Below are positions 47,726 to 59,985 of a stretch of DNA of 64,000 bases, one piece after another. This DNA is from Narcine bancroftii. Its lineage: Eukaryota. The stretch spans positions 11,966,001 to 12,030,000 of the forward strand of contig NC_091472.1 in NCBI RefSeq assembly GCF_036971445.1, written 5' to 3'. Made by a program: the position numbers and the translations under genes. Position 1 is the stretch's first letter. Each line of letters starts with the position of its first letter. The notes beneath the pieces are model-generated. The model was given only the letters and a program-made list of their open reading frames with translations. It was not told the DNA's origin and made no database searches.

Positions 47726-50570
47726 GGAGTGTCCTAAGTGGTTGATGGGACTATCCAAGGGGTCAAAAAAATGCCAGAGGGTCTATTGAACTTGGTGGGG
47801 GGGGGGGGGGGGGTCCTGAAAGAATTGTCACATCTGAGGTCCCTGCTACTGCCCGGAAGCCTGAGGCGACTTCTTCGATGCAGATGGCACTGCACCCGAT
47901 ATTGAGAATGGAGTCACCATCACTGACCCTGGCTGCAGCCGATGCTGAAGACTTGGACCCAGCTCTGTTTGGCATCTTCCCGGCCAGAAGCAAAGTTTTT
48001 TTTAAAACTCTTATTGTAATCACTTGCTTGTTTGTTTTAAAGCCTTAACTTTATTTTCAAGTATGTAACAAAAGTTCATCATTATTATTTACTTTTTTGT
48101 ACATGCCTTGGGGTCTATGAGGGATCAAGGATTCCATGAAGGAGTCGATGGTCTAAATTCCTCCAAGTTCATTGCCTTTATCCCTAATACTCCTAGTGTT
48201 GAAAGAGACATATTTCAACCCCTCAAAATGGCTACATTTAGGTTTTGTCCCCTGCCTGTCCTTCCTCACCAACTCAGAACACAGAGCATCATGCTTTTGT
48301 CACCTGCCTGTCCTTCTACCCTAATCTCTGCACTCACATTCTAATTCTGACCACCCCCCCCCCAGCCTGCAAAACTAGTTTAAACCATAGCTCTAGCCAT
48401 TGAACAATTTATGAATTTGTTTCTTTTCCTTCAACCTCAGCAAACTACAGGCTGATGGGAATTTTAATCTTTCCTCTGTATGTAGTGTGCTCAGAAATTT
48501 ATACAATTCCCATTCCAAAAATTCTAAAATGGTATCTACAAATGAAAAGATGCATTTTTTTTTTAAAGAAACCCCCCAAAAAAAGTTATCAAGTGCAGTG
48601 ACTTTAAACATGCATTGCTTTCCCAATGATAAATTGTCACCATTATGGAATAATCTGGGGCAACCATAGCTGTGGATAGTGAACTGTTTTCCAAAATAAG
48701 TTTATCATAAAGTTGAAAACAATAGGCCAGTGAATAGCAGTTTTACAGCTATAATAGGTATGTTTTAAGTCAGGAATTTGCCTAAAAGCAAGTGTACTTT
48801 AGAAACTGAACATGCCAGATTAATTTATGCCTAGAATAAGGATATCCGTATGTTGTACATAAACACTTGGCATACATCAACCATGGAAGATAATATGCCA
48901 ATCATGTACTTCAAAATTTGATTCAGTGAAATCATTTGGTGAAAGGAACTTTTATTTGGGATTCAAGTCAGATGGAAGAAAGTTATCAATTGTAAACCCA
49001 CTCTCAATCTAATTCCATAGTCAAATGCAAATCAATCATGAACCTTTGAAATCCAATTAGATCATTATTTCATTACTGCCGCTGAAGGCATTGTGCTCCA
49101 GGCCTCCATCACCCTCTAGATAAAGAATCTTTCCTAAAATCTCCACTAATCCGACAACTCCGTTTCTCCTTGTTATTGATCCAAAGGAAAAGATCCTTCC
49201 CACTCTCTGTTTGGATCCCAGATCAAGTTTCAGCTACTTCTTCTAGAGACATGAAAGATGACAGATGGATTTGGCCTCATCACACCGGCCAGATTGACTA
49301 ACAGTTTTAAATATTAGCATGGCTCAACCTACTAAGCGTTACCATACAACAAAAACTTCAACTATCCAAGGCTATAGAAAAAAACAATACTCAGCAGGCC
49401 AAACTGTGTTAGCCTTGGAACAGGCAGGATTTGGGACATGCATAGGCAAATTTATGCTGATATTTGCCTCAAGGTCAAAATCTGAGGGGTGGGAAAAGGA
49501 GTTTAGTAAAATGGAGAAGATGACTATTCAGTCAATAGCAATCCTTTGTTCCATGCAATTTCCAGATTAAATTATCTTTGCAGTTCCAAAATAGGCCTGG
49601 TGTGGGATCTCTGGCCTTTGGTGGCACGACAATAATAATGGCAATTTCATTTCATTCGGGAAGGCACTGTTGATGATGAGGGCTGGGATTCATCTATCTT
49701 CGGTGGTGGTAGATGGGGGGGAGGGGGGGGTAGAGCGCAGAGGAGCTGTTCACAAATTTGATAATAACTAGCATTTCTAGCTGATCCCTATGATATGCAT
49801 GCTATCAGATTAACTTTATTTTACAGAAATTACAACTTTTAAAGCAATACAAGATCTCTAACTGGATTTGACATGAGGGATGCAGAGGTGACATGTACCA
49901 AATATTCCATTGTATAGGACGATCCTAAAAACTTAACAATTTCGCCTTAAAATCGGGTCGTCCTATACGTCAGGTCTAAAATCTGTACCTTGACAGTGAA
50001 CTCTCAATACTGCCGCCATCTTCCTACTGGCTCTGACACAATTTCGTGCACGCCCTGTCAGTTATTTGTGAAGTCTCAGTGCTCCTCAACAGGATCCATC
50101 CGCCCAGTTCGACTGCCATCAGCTCTGAACAGGCTATAAACAGCCTGTTACAGGAGCCGAAAGTGGTTTATTTTAAAATGGCCAAACAAAATTGAAACCT
50201 TTACATTGTAGTTTGTTTTTAAAATATTGTTATTTGCTTTTAACAGAATCCACTGGTCAGCGGTAAGTGCCAAATTTGGGAGGGCCAGCTTATACAAAGG
50301 GCATCGTCAAACTCAACATTTTAGGTGGAAATTCTAGAGTGAACCTATACAGAGTTGTCCAATACAAAGGTTAGCTGTAGTGTCCGAAACCAAGGGGTTA
50401 AGAGTCAAAATAAGGGGTTGACCATTCAGGACACAGACCCCTAGAAGGCTGTTCCCTGAGTTTCTGAGAAAATTCAAATTCAAGTTAAACTTTTGTACAC
50501 AAAGGAAAAGGAAGTTAATGCAAGCAAGTGGCAGAACTAAAGGCCTTCTCCAGCATCTTAGAACACTCAC

Positions 50571-50644
50571 ATGTATCCAGGGCCACCACAGTATCATCAA
50601 ACTCCTCCTCATCTTCGTCCACAGGGGGTAGGGGGGATTTAGAC
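50571..50644 (-). CDS. HNRNPU: hnRNP U exon 3
   Basis: TTTTCCAG| acceptor and T|GTGAGT donor, 74 nt: [24 protein letters not shown]. Confidence 0.95.
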
Positions 50645-50731
50645 CTGGAAAAATCCGATTCTATTGATTAATAACTGTGTTCCGAATTGAACAAGTGAAA
50701 ATGACCAGAAATTAATAGTAATATTAAATAC

Positions 50732-50858
50732 CGTCGATACTTGTTTTCTTCAATGTACTCATAGTACCCACGCCCATGATCTTCATGAGGTCTCTTTACT
50801 CCTCTGCGATTTTGCTCTTTACTCTTATCAGCTGCCTGATCAACTTTGCTCTCTTTGC
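50732..50858 (-). CDS. HNRNPU: hnRNP U exon 2 (NLS region); first exon visible in the window
   Basis: TTTTGTAG| acceptor and CG|GTATTT donor, 127 nt: [25 protein letters not shown], compared with human [25 protein letters not shown]. Confidence 0.95.
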
Positions 50859-51975
50859 CTACAAAAATAAAGGGAGTTATTAACTGAAAGCCCATGAAAA
50901 CTTGGATTCTGTGATCAGTGGTGAAACAGACACCCAGAGGGAAAAATTGTCCATGATGTGAGAAGCTTTGTGGCATAGAGTCTGTCATTTCTCTAACCAA
51001 ACTGCAGGATGCCCTCTGTGTGAATGATAATATCACACATACTAACCAGCCAATTAGATTGAAGAATTGTTCCAGCCACAAAATAGAAAAAAAATGAAAA
51101 CATCGAAACATAATTAAGAGTTGAATTATAAAATGTTTCAAAAATTATTTTGAATTTAGTCTGCATTGGATACAAGTGTAGATTTAGGTTCAAAGTTCTT
51201 TGGAATTTTTTCCCCTAGAGGCTCGATCATCGATATTCAAAACAGAGAACACAGATTTCCAGATATTAAGGGAATTGGGGATATGGGATAGAGTGCACAG
51301 GCATGAAGCTGACACAGCTAATGAACCTGATAAATGAAAGAGCATGTTTGAAGAACCAAAATGCCTGCTCCAAATTCTTATTATGTCCTTGTGTTATGTT
51401 CTTGTAAGATCAAAAAGATTTCTGGGATGTTAATTTTAATGCACACCTCAAACTGTAAATGTAAAATTTTTCAAGATCTTACAGTGGGAATAGTTCATAA
51501 ATCACAGTTAGTGTCAGTTTATCAGCTTCTGTAAAATACTTTGGAGAAAATAGAAAAGCAGAGCACAATCTAGAAGAGGGAAATTGCTTGATGAATGGTC
51601 ATCCTGAATGGCACCAGAAATGGATAGCTTTGTGATAAAGCCTTAGCCTATGTTAATAACAGGTGCATTAGTCACATAATCTGGATCACTGTCTAGCAGT
51701 TCCATTAAAGAGAAGGGGGCGGGAGGAGTGAAAGCAAGCTATGGTGACAAGAACAAAATGATCAGCATACTTGAGTTATTTACCCATGTTAAATATGAGC
51801 ATAATTCAAAAATTCAAGGATATCATACAATTAAATTCGTATGCTAATAGTTACCATTATCTTTGTAATTACCCAATGATCAACTTGTTTACTTCAGATA
51901 CTTTATCACACACAACAATAAAAATTTTTTTTAAGGTACACATATCTGCACTAAGCAGTAAATTAGAATTAAATA

Positions 51976-52158
51976 CAGGCAGTCCCCGACTTACAACCGT
52001 AATTGGGACAGACAGGTTGGTCGTAACTTGGTGACCTTGGGCTGCCATTGGGAGCGGGGACTACTTGTACAGTAGTTTTAGTAGAAATTTTTTAAAAAAT
52101 TTTTGGCCATATGTGTGGGTGGACGTAACTCGCATAGGTTGGAAGTCGAGGATCATTG
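51976..52158. mobile_element. Tigger/pogo-like MITE
   Basis: TA|CAGGCAGTCCCCGACTTACAACC ... GGTTGGAAGTCGAGGATCATTG|TA: imperfect TIRs with TA on both sides. Confidence 0.7.
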
Positions 52159-52278
52159 TACAACTTTTCTACTATTAAAGGGATATTTTGATCCATATGC
52201 TAGATGTATAAACTGAACTTTGCCATTAGTACACATTACACAAAAGAGTTCTACACACCTATCAGACATAGTCTCTCT

Positions 52279-52606
52279 CAGTGGTTTTTCTTTCCACTCA
52301 CATATGCCATAGTGCTGTGATTACTAAAGGATTATTTAAGGTGGCATGTGAGAGGGGGGAAAAAGGTTGAAAATCAGCTGGACCTAATTGATAAAGAAAT
52401 ATTTTGCTTGAGCCCAATGTCATTGGGCCCATTTCCTTTGAAACTGCACATAACAATGAGTCAATGAGGTACGATTAAAATAGTTGTTTTCAAACTTTTT
52501 CTTTCCACTCACATGCCACTTTAAGTAATAATCCCTTACAAATCACAGAGCACAGGGATTACTTAAAGTGGTATGTGAGTGGAGAAAAAAAGTTTGAAAA
52601 CTATTG
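52279..52606. mobile_element. hAT-type MITE made of two related palindromic units
   Basis: CAGTGGTTTTTC...; TTTCCACTCACATGCCACTTTAAGTAA and TTACTTAAAGTGGTATGTGAGTGGA are internal inverted repeats. Confidence 0.6.
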
Positions 52607-52669
52607 GTCCATCTAATCAGCTCTTACACCATTCGATTGTGAAAATAATGTTTTTAAAACTGGGTGGAC

Positions 52670-53705
52670 AAGAGTCTCATAGGAGTTTCAGGAACTGAGG
52701 AGCAAGCTACACAAGGAAATCAGAAAAGCAAAATGGGGAAAGAAAATAGCTCTGGCAGACAATATGAAGAATAATCCCAAGAAATTGTATAGCTACACAA
52801 AGGGAAAAAGGGTAACCAGAATAAACAAGAGACCACTCAAGAATCAATTCATTCAACTCTGTGTGCAGCCATAGGAGATGGCCTGCCCCTCAATGAGTAC
52901 TTACCTGTTGTACTGGGGAGAGGAAAAACAAGAACTTAGGCAGTTAATGGTTGTGCCTTGGGAACAGTCGTTATCATAGTTGAGGATGTGCTGAAGGACC
53001 TGAAGCTCACAAAGGCAGACAAAACTCCTGGACATAAATCAGATATATCCAAGGATATTGTGGAAAGCAAGAGAGGAAATTGCAGGCACCCTGGCTGAGA
53101 TTATAGGAGTCAGTGCTGGAAAACTAGGGTATGGCAAATGCTGTACCTCCATTCATAAAGAGCCGCAGGGAAAAACCTGGGAACCACAGGCCAGTGAGCC
53201 CTACCACCAGTGATGGGGAAGTAATCGGAGAGTACTCTAAAGGAGAAGATATACATACACTTGGATAGACAAGGGCTGAGTAAGGACAGTTTTGTAAGCG
53301 TGAGGTCACATCTCACAAATATGAGATTTTTTTTGAAGGTGTGACCAAGAGGCTCAACAAGGTTGCAAGATAGCAGAATGGACAGAAAAATGGCTTCATG
53401 GGTGATGGTAGAAGGTTGCTTTATTTTTAGACTGCAGGCCACCAGGTTCAGTGCTGGGCCTATTGCTGTATGCCATCTATATCACTGATTTAGATTAAAA
53501 CATACAAGGCATGATTAGCAACTTTGAAGATGGCACTAAAGTGTTTGGTATTGTAGATAATAAAGACAGTTAGTTGCCAAAGATTGCAGCAGGATCTTGA
53601 TCAATCACAGGTGGACAGAGGAATGGCTGACAGAATTTAATACAAAGTAATGTAAGGTGGTGGATTTTTGGAGTTCTAACATGGGAAGGATCTACAAAGT
53701 AAATG
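52670..53705 (+). mobile_element. Old decayed CR1 LINE that runs into the minisatellite
   Basis: KKNPKKLYSY-, GSVLGPLL- and EWLTEFN-like remnants in collinear order, ending IYKVNGRDLG. Confidence 0.8.
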
Positions 53706-55082
53706 GGAGGGATCTGGGGAGCGCCGTAGAGCGGAGGGATCTGGGGAGCGCCGTAGAGCGGAGGGATCTGGGGAGCGCCGTAGAGCGGAGGGATCTGGGG
53801 AGCGCCGTAGAGCGGAGGGATCTGGGGAGCGCCGTAGAGCGGAGGGATCTGGGGAGCGCCGTAGAGCGGAGGGATCTGGGGAGCGCCGTAGAGCGGAGGG
53901 ATCTGGGGAGCGCCGTAGAGCGGAGGGATCTGGGGAGCGCCGTAGAGCGGAGGGATCTGGGGAGCGCCGTAGAGCGGAGGGATCTGGGGAGCGCCGTAGA
54001 GCGGAGGGATCTGGGGAGCGCCGTAGAGCGGAGGGATCTGGGGAGCGCCGTAGAGCGGAGGGATCTGGGGAGCGCCGTAGAGCGGAGGGATCTGGGGAGC
54101 GCCGTAGAGCGGAGGGATCTGGGGAGCGCCGTAGAGCGGAGGGATCTGGGGAGCGCCGTAGAGCGGAGGGATCTGGGGAGCGCCGTAGAGCGGAGGGATC
54201 TGGGGAGCGCCGTAGAGCGGAGGGATCTGGGGAGCGCCGTAGAGCGGAGGGAACTGGGGAGCGCCGTAGAGCGGAGGGATCTGGGGAGCGCCGTAGAGCG
54301 GAGGGATCTGGGGAGCGCCGTAGAGCGGAGGGATCTGGGGAGCGCCGTAGAGCGGAGGGATCTGGGGAGCGCCGTAGAGCGGAGGGATCTGGGGAGCGCC
54401 GTAGAGCGGAGGGATCTGGGGAGCGCCGTAGAGCGGAGGGATCTGGGGAGCGCCGTAGAGCGGAGGGATCTGGGGAGCGCCGTAGAGCGGAGGGATCTGG
54501 GGAGCGCCGTAGAGCGGAGGGATCTGGGGAGCGCCGTAGAGCGGAGGGATCTGGGGAGCGCCGTAGAGCGGAGGGATCTGGGGAGCGCCGTAGAGCGGAG
54601 GGATCTGGGGAGCGCCGTAGAGCGGAGGGATCTGGGGAGCGCCGTAGAGCGGAGGGATCTGGGGAGCGCCGTAGAGCGGAGGGATCTGGGGAGCGCCGTA
54701 GAGCGGAGGGATCTGGGGAGCGCCGTAGAGCGGAGGGATCTGGGGAGCGCCGTAGAGCGGAGGGATCTGGGGAGCGCCGTAGAGCGGAGGGATCTGGGGA
54801 GCGCCGTAGAGCGGAGGGATCTGGGGAGCGCCGTAGAGCGGAGGGATCTGGGGAGCGCCGTAGAGCGGAGGGATCTGGGGAGCGCCGTAGAGCGGAGGGA
54901 TCTGGGGAGCGCCGTAGAGCGGAGGGATCTGGGGAGCGCCGTAGAGCGGAGGGATCTGGGGAGCGCCGTAGAGCGGAGGGATCTGGGGAGCGCCGTAGAG
55001 CGGAGGGATCTGGGGAGCGCCGTAGAGCGGAGGGATCTGGGGAGCGCCGTAGAGCGGAGGGATCTGGGGAGCGCCGTAGAGC
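53706..55082. repeat. Minisatellite, 51 x 27 bp (GGAGGGATCTGGGGAGCGCCGTAGAGC)
   Basis: 1377 bp = 51 units; I saw only one variant unit (GAACTG near 54253). Confidence 0.97.
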
Positions 55083-56897
55083 AGGCTACCCTCAAATGCC
55101 TCTTTAGACTCCTCTGCAAAATACTAGTGGGTTTATAACCTTCATTCTGGTGTCAAATAACTCAAATTGATGTCACCCTTGTTGAAGGAATGGAGCTCAT
55201 TTCAATCTTGAAGATCCCTAGTCTCACTCATTTCTGGTCCAAGAATTTCAAAGACACTAAGAGTTCCAATTTACATTTCACATTAGAACTGCAAAAATGA
55301 ACAAGAACAAATTTGAAAGTAGACAAATTCACTTGACATTTTTGCAGAAAGGATTTTTAAAATTCATATTAATTTTAGTCTTTATCCAAGTTATCCACTG
55401 CATTATCGACTAAATTAGCTGTAAAATTTTAATGCAGTGTTACGAAATGGAAGAATGTATTGATCATAAAAACAGCAATCAACTCTTCAAGACCATAATT
55501 CCAGCAACTTGTACACTACAAACAAAATCAGTCCAAAATAAAACAGTTGTGCATAAATGCTACACAAAGCACAACCAATAGATTGAACACCTCTCCCATC
55601 TTACTGCTTTGGGAACAGGATAAACAGCCCTACAGGATAAACAAAACCGTTGTACGATTGGGAGACTGAAATTGGACACAAATCCTTCTCCAAAAATAAT
55701 CCTTGGTCATTAATAAGCAAACTATTTCCCCCCCAAAACATGAGAGCAGCTGCTTTTAATATTAGTAAGGCAATAAAGATGTATACATTTTATATGTGCA
55801 GAGAGAGATCATAACACTATTAAAGGCATATTTGATGTGGGTCATTCACCCTATATCCAACAATACAACACTTGCACTTCAGACTGCTTGAGATGCACCA
55901 TTAGTACCATTTAAAAAATCTTAAATGTACTAATTTTGCCCCCGCAGCCATGACTTTTAAATTTTATGAACACAAGTAGCACACCAGGCTCAGTGACATT
56001 GTGTCTTGCAGAACATTCAAACAGCTATCTTTGTCTCAGAGATTGAGATTTGCAGCCAGACAGTGTAAATAAATTGAAGCTGGCTGCAATCGATAATGCA
56101 ATGAGTTATGCGACATCTACTATAATATAAATCACTATTCACCACACACTAGTAAACAGAAATATCTATAACTCTACCCATTCATTGACTTACACTGAGC
56201 TCTTACACATCATAATTCAATTTTAACATTTTCCACCTTGCATTCAAATCTCTCTAATCTCCAGTCATTCCAGGGACTGCAGAAGATCATCTCCAAAGGC
56301 AATCACTTACCAAAGCCACCCATGCTCTGGAATTACTTTTCACCTCCTCCACCTCATTAGATGCTTAAAATGGATTAGTCAGTTTTGGATTAACTTGCCC
56401 CAAACATATATATTTAATATCGTCTGTGGTTTGCACACATTTAGGCATTTTTATGGAATATCTTCCACCGTACATCCTGGCCCTTTAATGTTTTCCAATA
56501 CAGCTCAAGGAACAGCATGTAATATTTGACCAAGCATGCTATACTCAATGTTAAACTCAACCATTTCAGATGACCAACATAATTTGTCCAAGGAAATACA
56601 GTTTGAAAGAATTCCCACCAACTGTACTTTCAACAACCCCCCCCGCCCTCACCAGATTTTGCCTAGTACTTACAGGATGCATGTTTTATTACAACAAATA
56701 GCAGTATGCTGTATCCATCCTTCCAGAAATCTTTCCCTCTCTTGCTTCTCATTCAGCTTTTATTGATAGGCTGATCAGCTACAATCAACAAACCCTCACA
56801 ATACACTCTTACCTGATACTAAAACCCCATCATTCACTCTCCACTTGACTTGGGAGTAGTTGAGGCTATTCTGGTTGCCCAATCACTACAAGGATCT

Positions 56898-57523
56898 CTT
56901 TGGCTTGGCTTCGCGGACAAAGATTTATGGAGGGGTAATGTCCATGTCAGCTGCAGGCTCGTTTGTGGCTGACAAGTCCGATGCGGGACAGGCAGACACG
57001 GTTGCAAGGGAAAATTGGTTGGTTGGGGTTGGGTGTTAGGTTTTTCCTCCTTTGTCTTTTGTCAGTGAGGTGGGCTCTGCGGTCTTCTTCAGAGGAGGTT
57101 GCTGCCCGCTGAACTGTGAGGTGCCAAGATGCACGGTTTGAGGTGATATCAGCCCACTGGCGGTGGTCAATGTGGCAGGCACCAAGAGATTTCTTTAGGC
57201 AGTCCTTGTACCTCTTCTTTGGTGCACCTCTGTCTTGGTGGCCAGTGGAGAGCTCGCCATATAACACGATCTTGGGAACGCAATGGTCCTCCATTCTGGA
57301 GACGTGACCTACCCAGCGCAGTTGGATCTTCAGCAGCGTGGATTCGATGCTGTTGGCCTCTGCCATCTCGAGGACTTCGATGTTGGAGATGAAGTCGCTC
57401 CAATGAATGTTGAGGATGGAGCGGAGACAACGCTGGTGGAAGTGTTCTAGGAGCCGTAGGTGATGCCGGTAGAGGACACATGATTCAGAGCCGAACAGGA
57501 ATGTGGGTATGACAACGGCTCTG
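56898..57523 (-). mobile_element. RTE-clade LINE, 5'-truncated
   Basis: ORF 56947-57366 is nearly identical to the 11898-12610 copy. Confidence 0.9.
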
Positions 57524-58760
57524 CTTTGTAAAGGGTTTGAAGAGAATTACTTGCATTTGAACTTCAAGGAGAGGCTCGACAAACCTGGTTTGTTTTCTTG
57601 GGAGCATCAAACACTGAAGGGAATCTTGACCAAAGTTTACAAGATTAACATTCAGAATCTTTACTCAGGATAGAAATGTCAAATACTAGAAGACATTCAT
57701 TTAAGGTGAGAGGGGATAAGTTGAAAGGAGAACCACAGTGCAAGATTTCTTTTTACAGTGTTAGGTGCCAGAATAGACCACAAGGGTTACTGGTGAAAGC
57801 AGATATAATAGTGGTGTCTAACAGGTTTTAGACAGACAGTGATAGCATCTTCAAGTTCACTGAAGTCGACATCAGAGGATCTCTCATTGAATAATCATGA
57901 GGTAATCTTGAGTAGGCAAATGAATGCCTCTACTTTCTAAGAGGTCTGAGAAGATTTAGCATGTCATTAAATACTATCAATTTTCCAGTGTATTATTGAA
58001 AATATCCTAAGATTGTACCATGGCATGGTTTGGAAATTCAGTTCATTTGTCATTGATTGTACCAGCACAACCCAATGAAAGAGGCTCTGCGGTCGGACCA
58101 TGGTGCAGAACAGTACAAAACATGTATGCACATAGGGACAAATGATACATACACGGAGTACATAGATAAAAATAAATATTAATAAATAGCAGAGTCGCAG
58201 AGTAGTTAGCAGTTATTCAGCAGTCTCACTGCCCATGGGAAAAAACTTCCTCAGCCTGATGGTTCTGGCTCTTGATACGGCTGTATCTATTTCCTGATGG
58301 GAAAGGCTGGAAGATGCTGTGTGTGGGTGGGTGGGTGGGGAATGATGCAAGCCCTCCTGTCTGCTTTACATGGGCAGAAGGCAATTTCAAGTAATATTGC
58401 ACATTCTGTACTATTACATGACAAAGGATTTTTAATCCCTTTTTATATCATCTTTTTTCTGTCCTGAATGCTAAATTTATTCTATTTGGTATATTATGCA
58501 TATTACAATAAACTTTCTTTGTTATCATCCAGAAGTGGAGGGATATAGTCATGTGTCGGCAGAAAAGATTTAGTTTAATTTGGCACTGTACTTGGTGGAG
58601 ATGTCATGGGCTAAAGGGCCTCAGATAGTCTACATGGCTTTGAGGGAAAAGGTGTACCTCATGAGCCTAATTGAGCTTTTTTGAGGAAGTAACAAAAAAA
58701 ATTGATGAAGGTAGAGGCAGTAAATGTGATATATATAGATTTTAGTAAGGGATTTTAGTA

Positions 58761-58926
58761 AGGAAAAACCCAACACCCAACCCCAACCAACCAATTTTCC
58801 CTTGCAACCGCTGCAATCGTGTCTGCCTGTCCCGCATCAGACTTGTCAGCCACAAACGAGCCTGCAGCTGACGTGGACTTTTTACCCCCTCCATAAATCT
58901 TCGTCCGCGAAGCCAAGCCAAAGAAG
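58761..58926 (+). mobile_element. Short RTE 3' end inserted in an old CR1
   Basis: 12-bp TSD AGTAAGGGATTT at 58744-58755 and 58927-58938. Confidence 0.85.
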
Positions 58927-59384
58927 AGTAAGGGATTTGTCAAGGTCCCCTCTGCGACACTCTTTCAGAAGGGAAATGTGGCAGTGTGAATTCAGAATTA
59001 GTTTGCCTGCAGAAAGCAGGGAGTAGTAATAGATGGGAAGTCTTCTTCTGCCTGGAGGTCAGTGACCAATGGAATTCTTCAGGGATCTGTCATTGGCTGT
59101 TCTATTCCTTTCTTCTCTCCACAACTTAAAATATTTGATTTTTAGTTTCGAAGTTCCAAAAAAAATCATTAATTATGTCTTTTCAGATGCTGCCTGATCT
59201 GAGCAATTCCACATTTTTTTCTAGCATCTGCAGTCTTTTTTGACTATATACAGTGTTATTTTAAGCATTCATTGAAATAAAGTTTGAGAGCCAGAGTCAT
59301 CACAATGATTCTATCAAGTATTTTTATGAACAATTCTCCATTGGCAGGGCTCACAGCACATAGCATGGAACAAAAATTTTTACA

Positions 59385-59985
59385 GAATATTTCAGGACTG
59401 TACAGGCCTTTCGGCCCACAATGTTGTGTCAACCTATGTATATATAAATAAAAATTTCCTACCTCATAACCCATTATTTATCTTTCATGCATGTCTAAGA
59501 GAGTCTTAAGTATCCCTAATGTTTCAGCCTCCTCCACCACCACCACACCGGCAATGCATTCCAGGCACCCACAACTCTTGTGTACAAAATCTACCCCTGA
59601 TGGCTCTCCAAAACCTTCCTACTCCACCCTGGGAAAAAGGTGCTAGCTGTCTACCTTATCTATGCCTCTCATAATTCTGCAGACCTTTTTTAAAAAAGTC
59701 ACCTCTGATCCTCCTTCACTCCAAAGAGAAAAGCCCTAGCAGTGCTAACCTTGCCTCATAATACATTTTCCAATCCAGACAACATTCTGGTCAATCTCCT
59801 CCGCATCCTCTCCATAACTTCTACATCCTTCCTGTAATGAGGTAACCAGAAATGAACACTCTATCCCAAGTTTGGTCTCACCAGAGATCTATAGAGTAGC
59901 AACATTACCTCATGACTCCTGAACTCAATCTCCTGACTAATGAAGCCCAGCATACCAGAGGCCTTAACTATCCTACCAACCTCCA
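59385..59985 (-). mobile_element. CR1 3' fragment
   Basis: Same family as 45095-45720. Confidence 0.75.

Noticed and set aside
34408-50858. Calling the gene HNRNPUL1 or HNRNPUL2
   Set aside because: The motifs ([18 protein letters not shown]...YY end), exon sizes and tail-to-tail synteny with COX20 all fit HNRNPU.
50859-51141. N-terminal extension of ORF 50668-51141 as an alternative HNRNPU first exon
   Set aside because: It has no similarity to hnRNP U, is AT-rich intron-like sequence, and a good acceptor lies at 50859-50860.
53706-55082. CRISPR-like array
   Set aside because: Units are head-to-tail with no unique spacers, there are no cas genes, and the context is a vertebrate intron.
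53657-55138. 493-aa (+) and 475-aa (-) ORFs of 9-aa repeats as novel proteins
   Set aside because: Open frames follow automatically from a 27-bp unit that lacks a stop in those frames. There is no synonymous variation, promoter or splice evidence, and the location is intronic.
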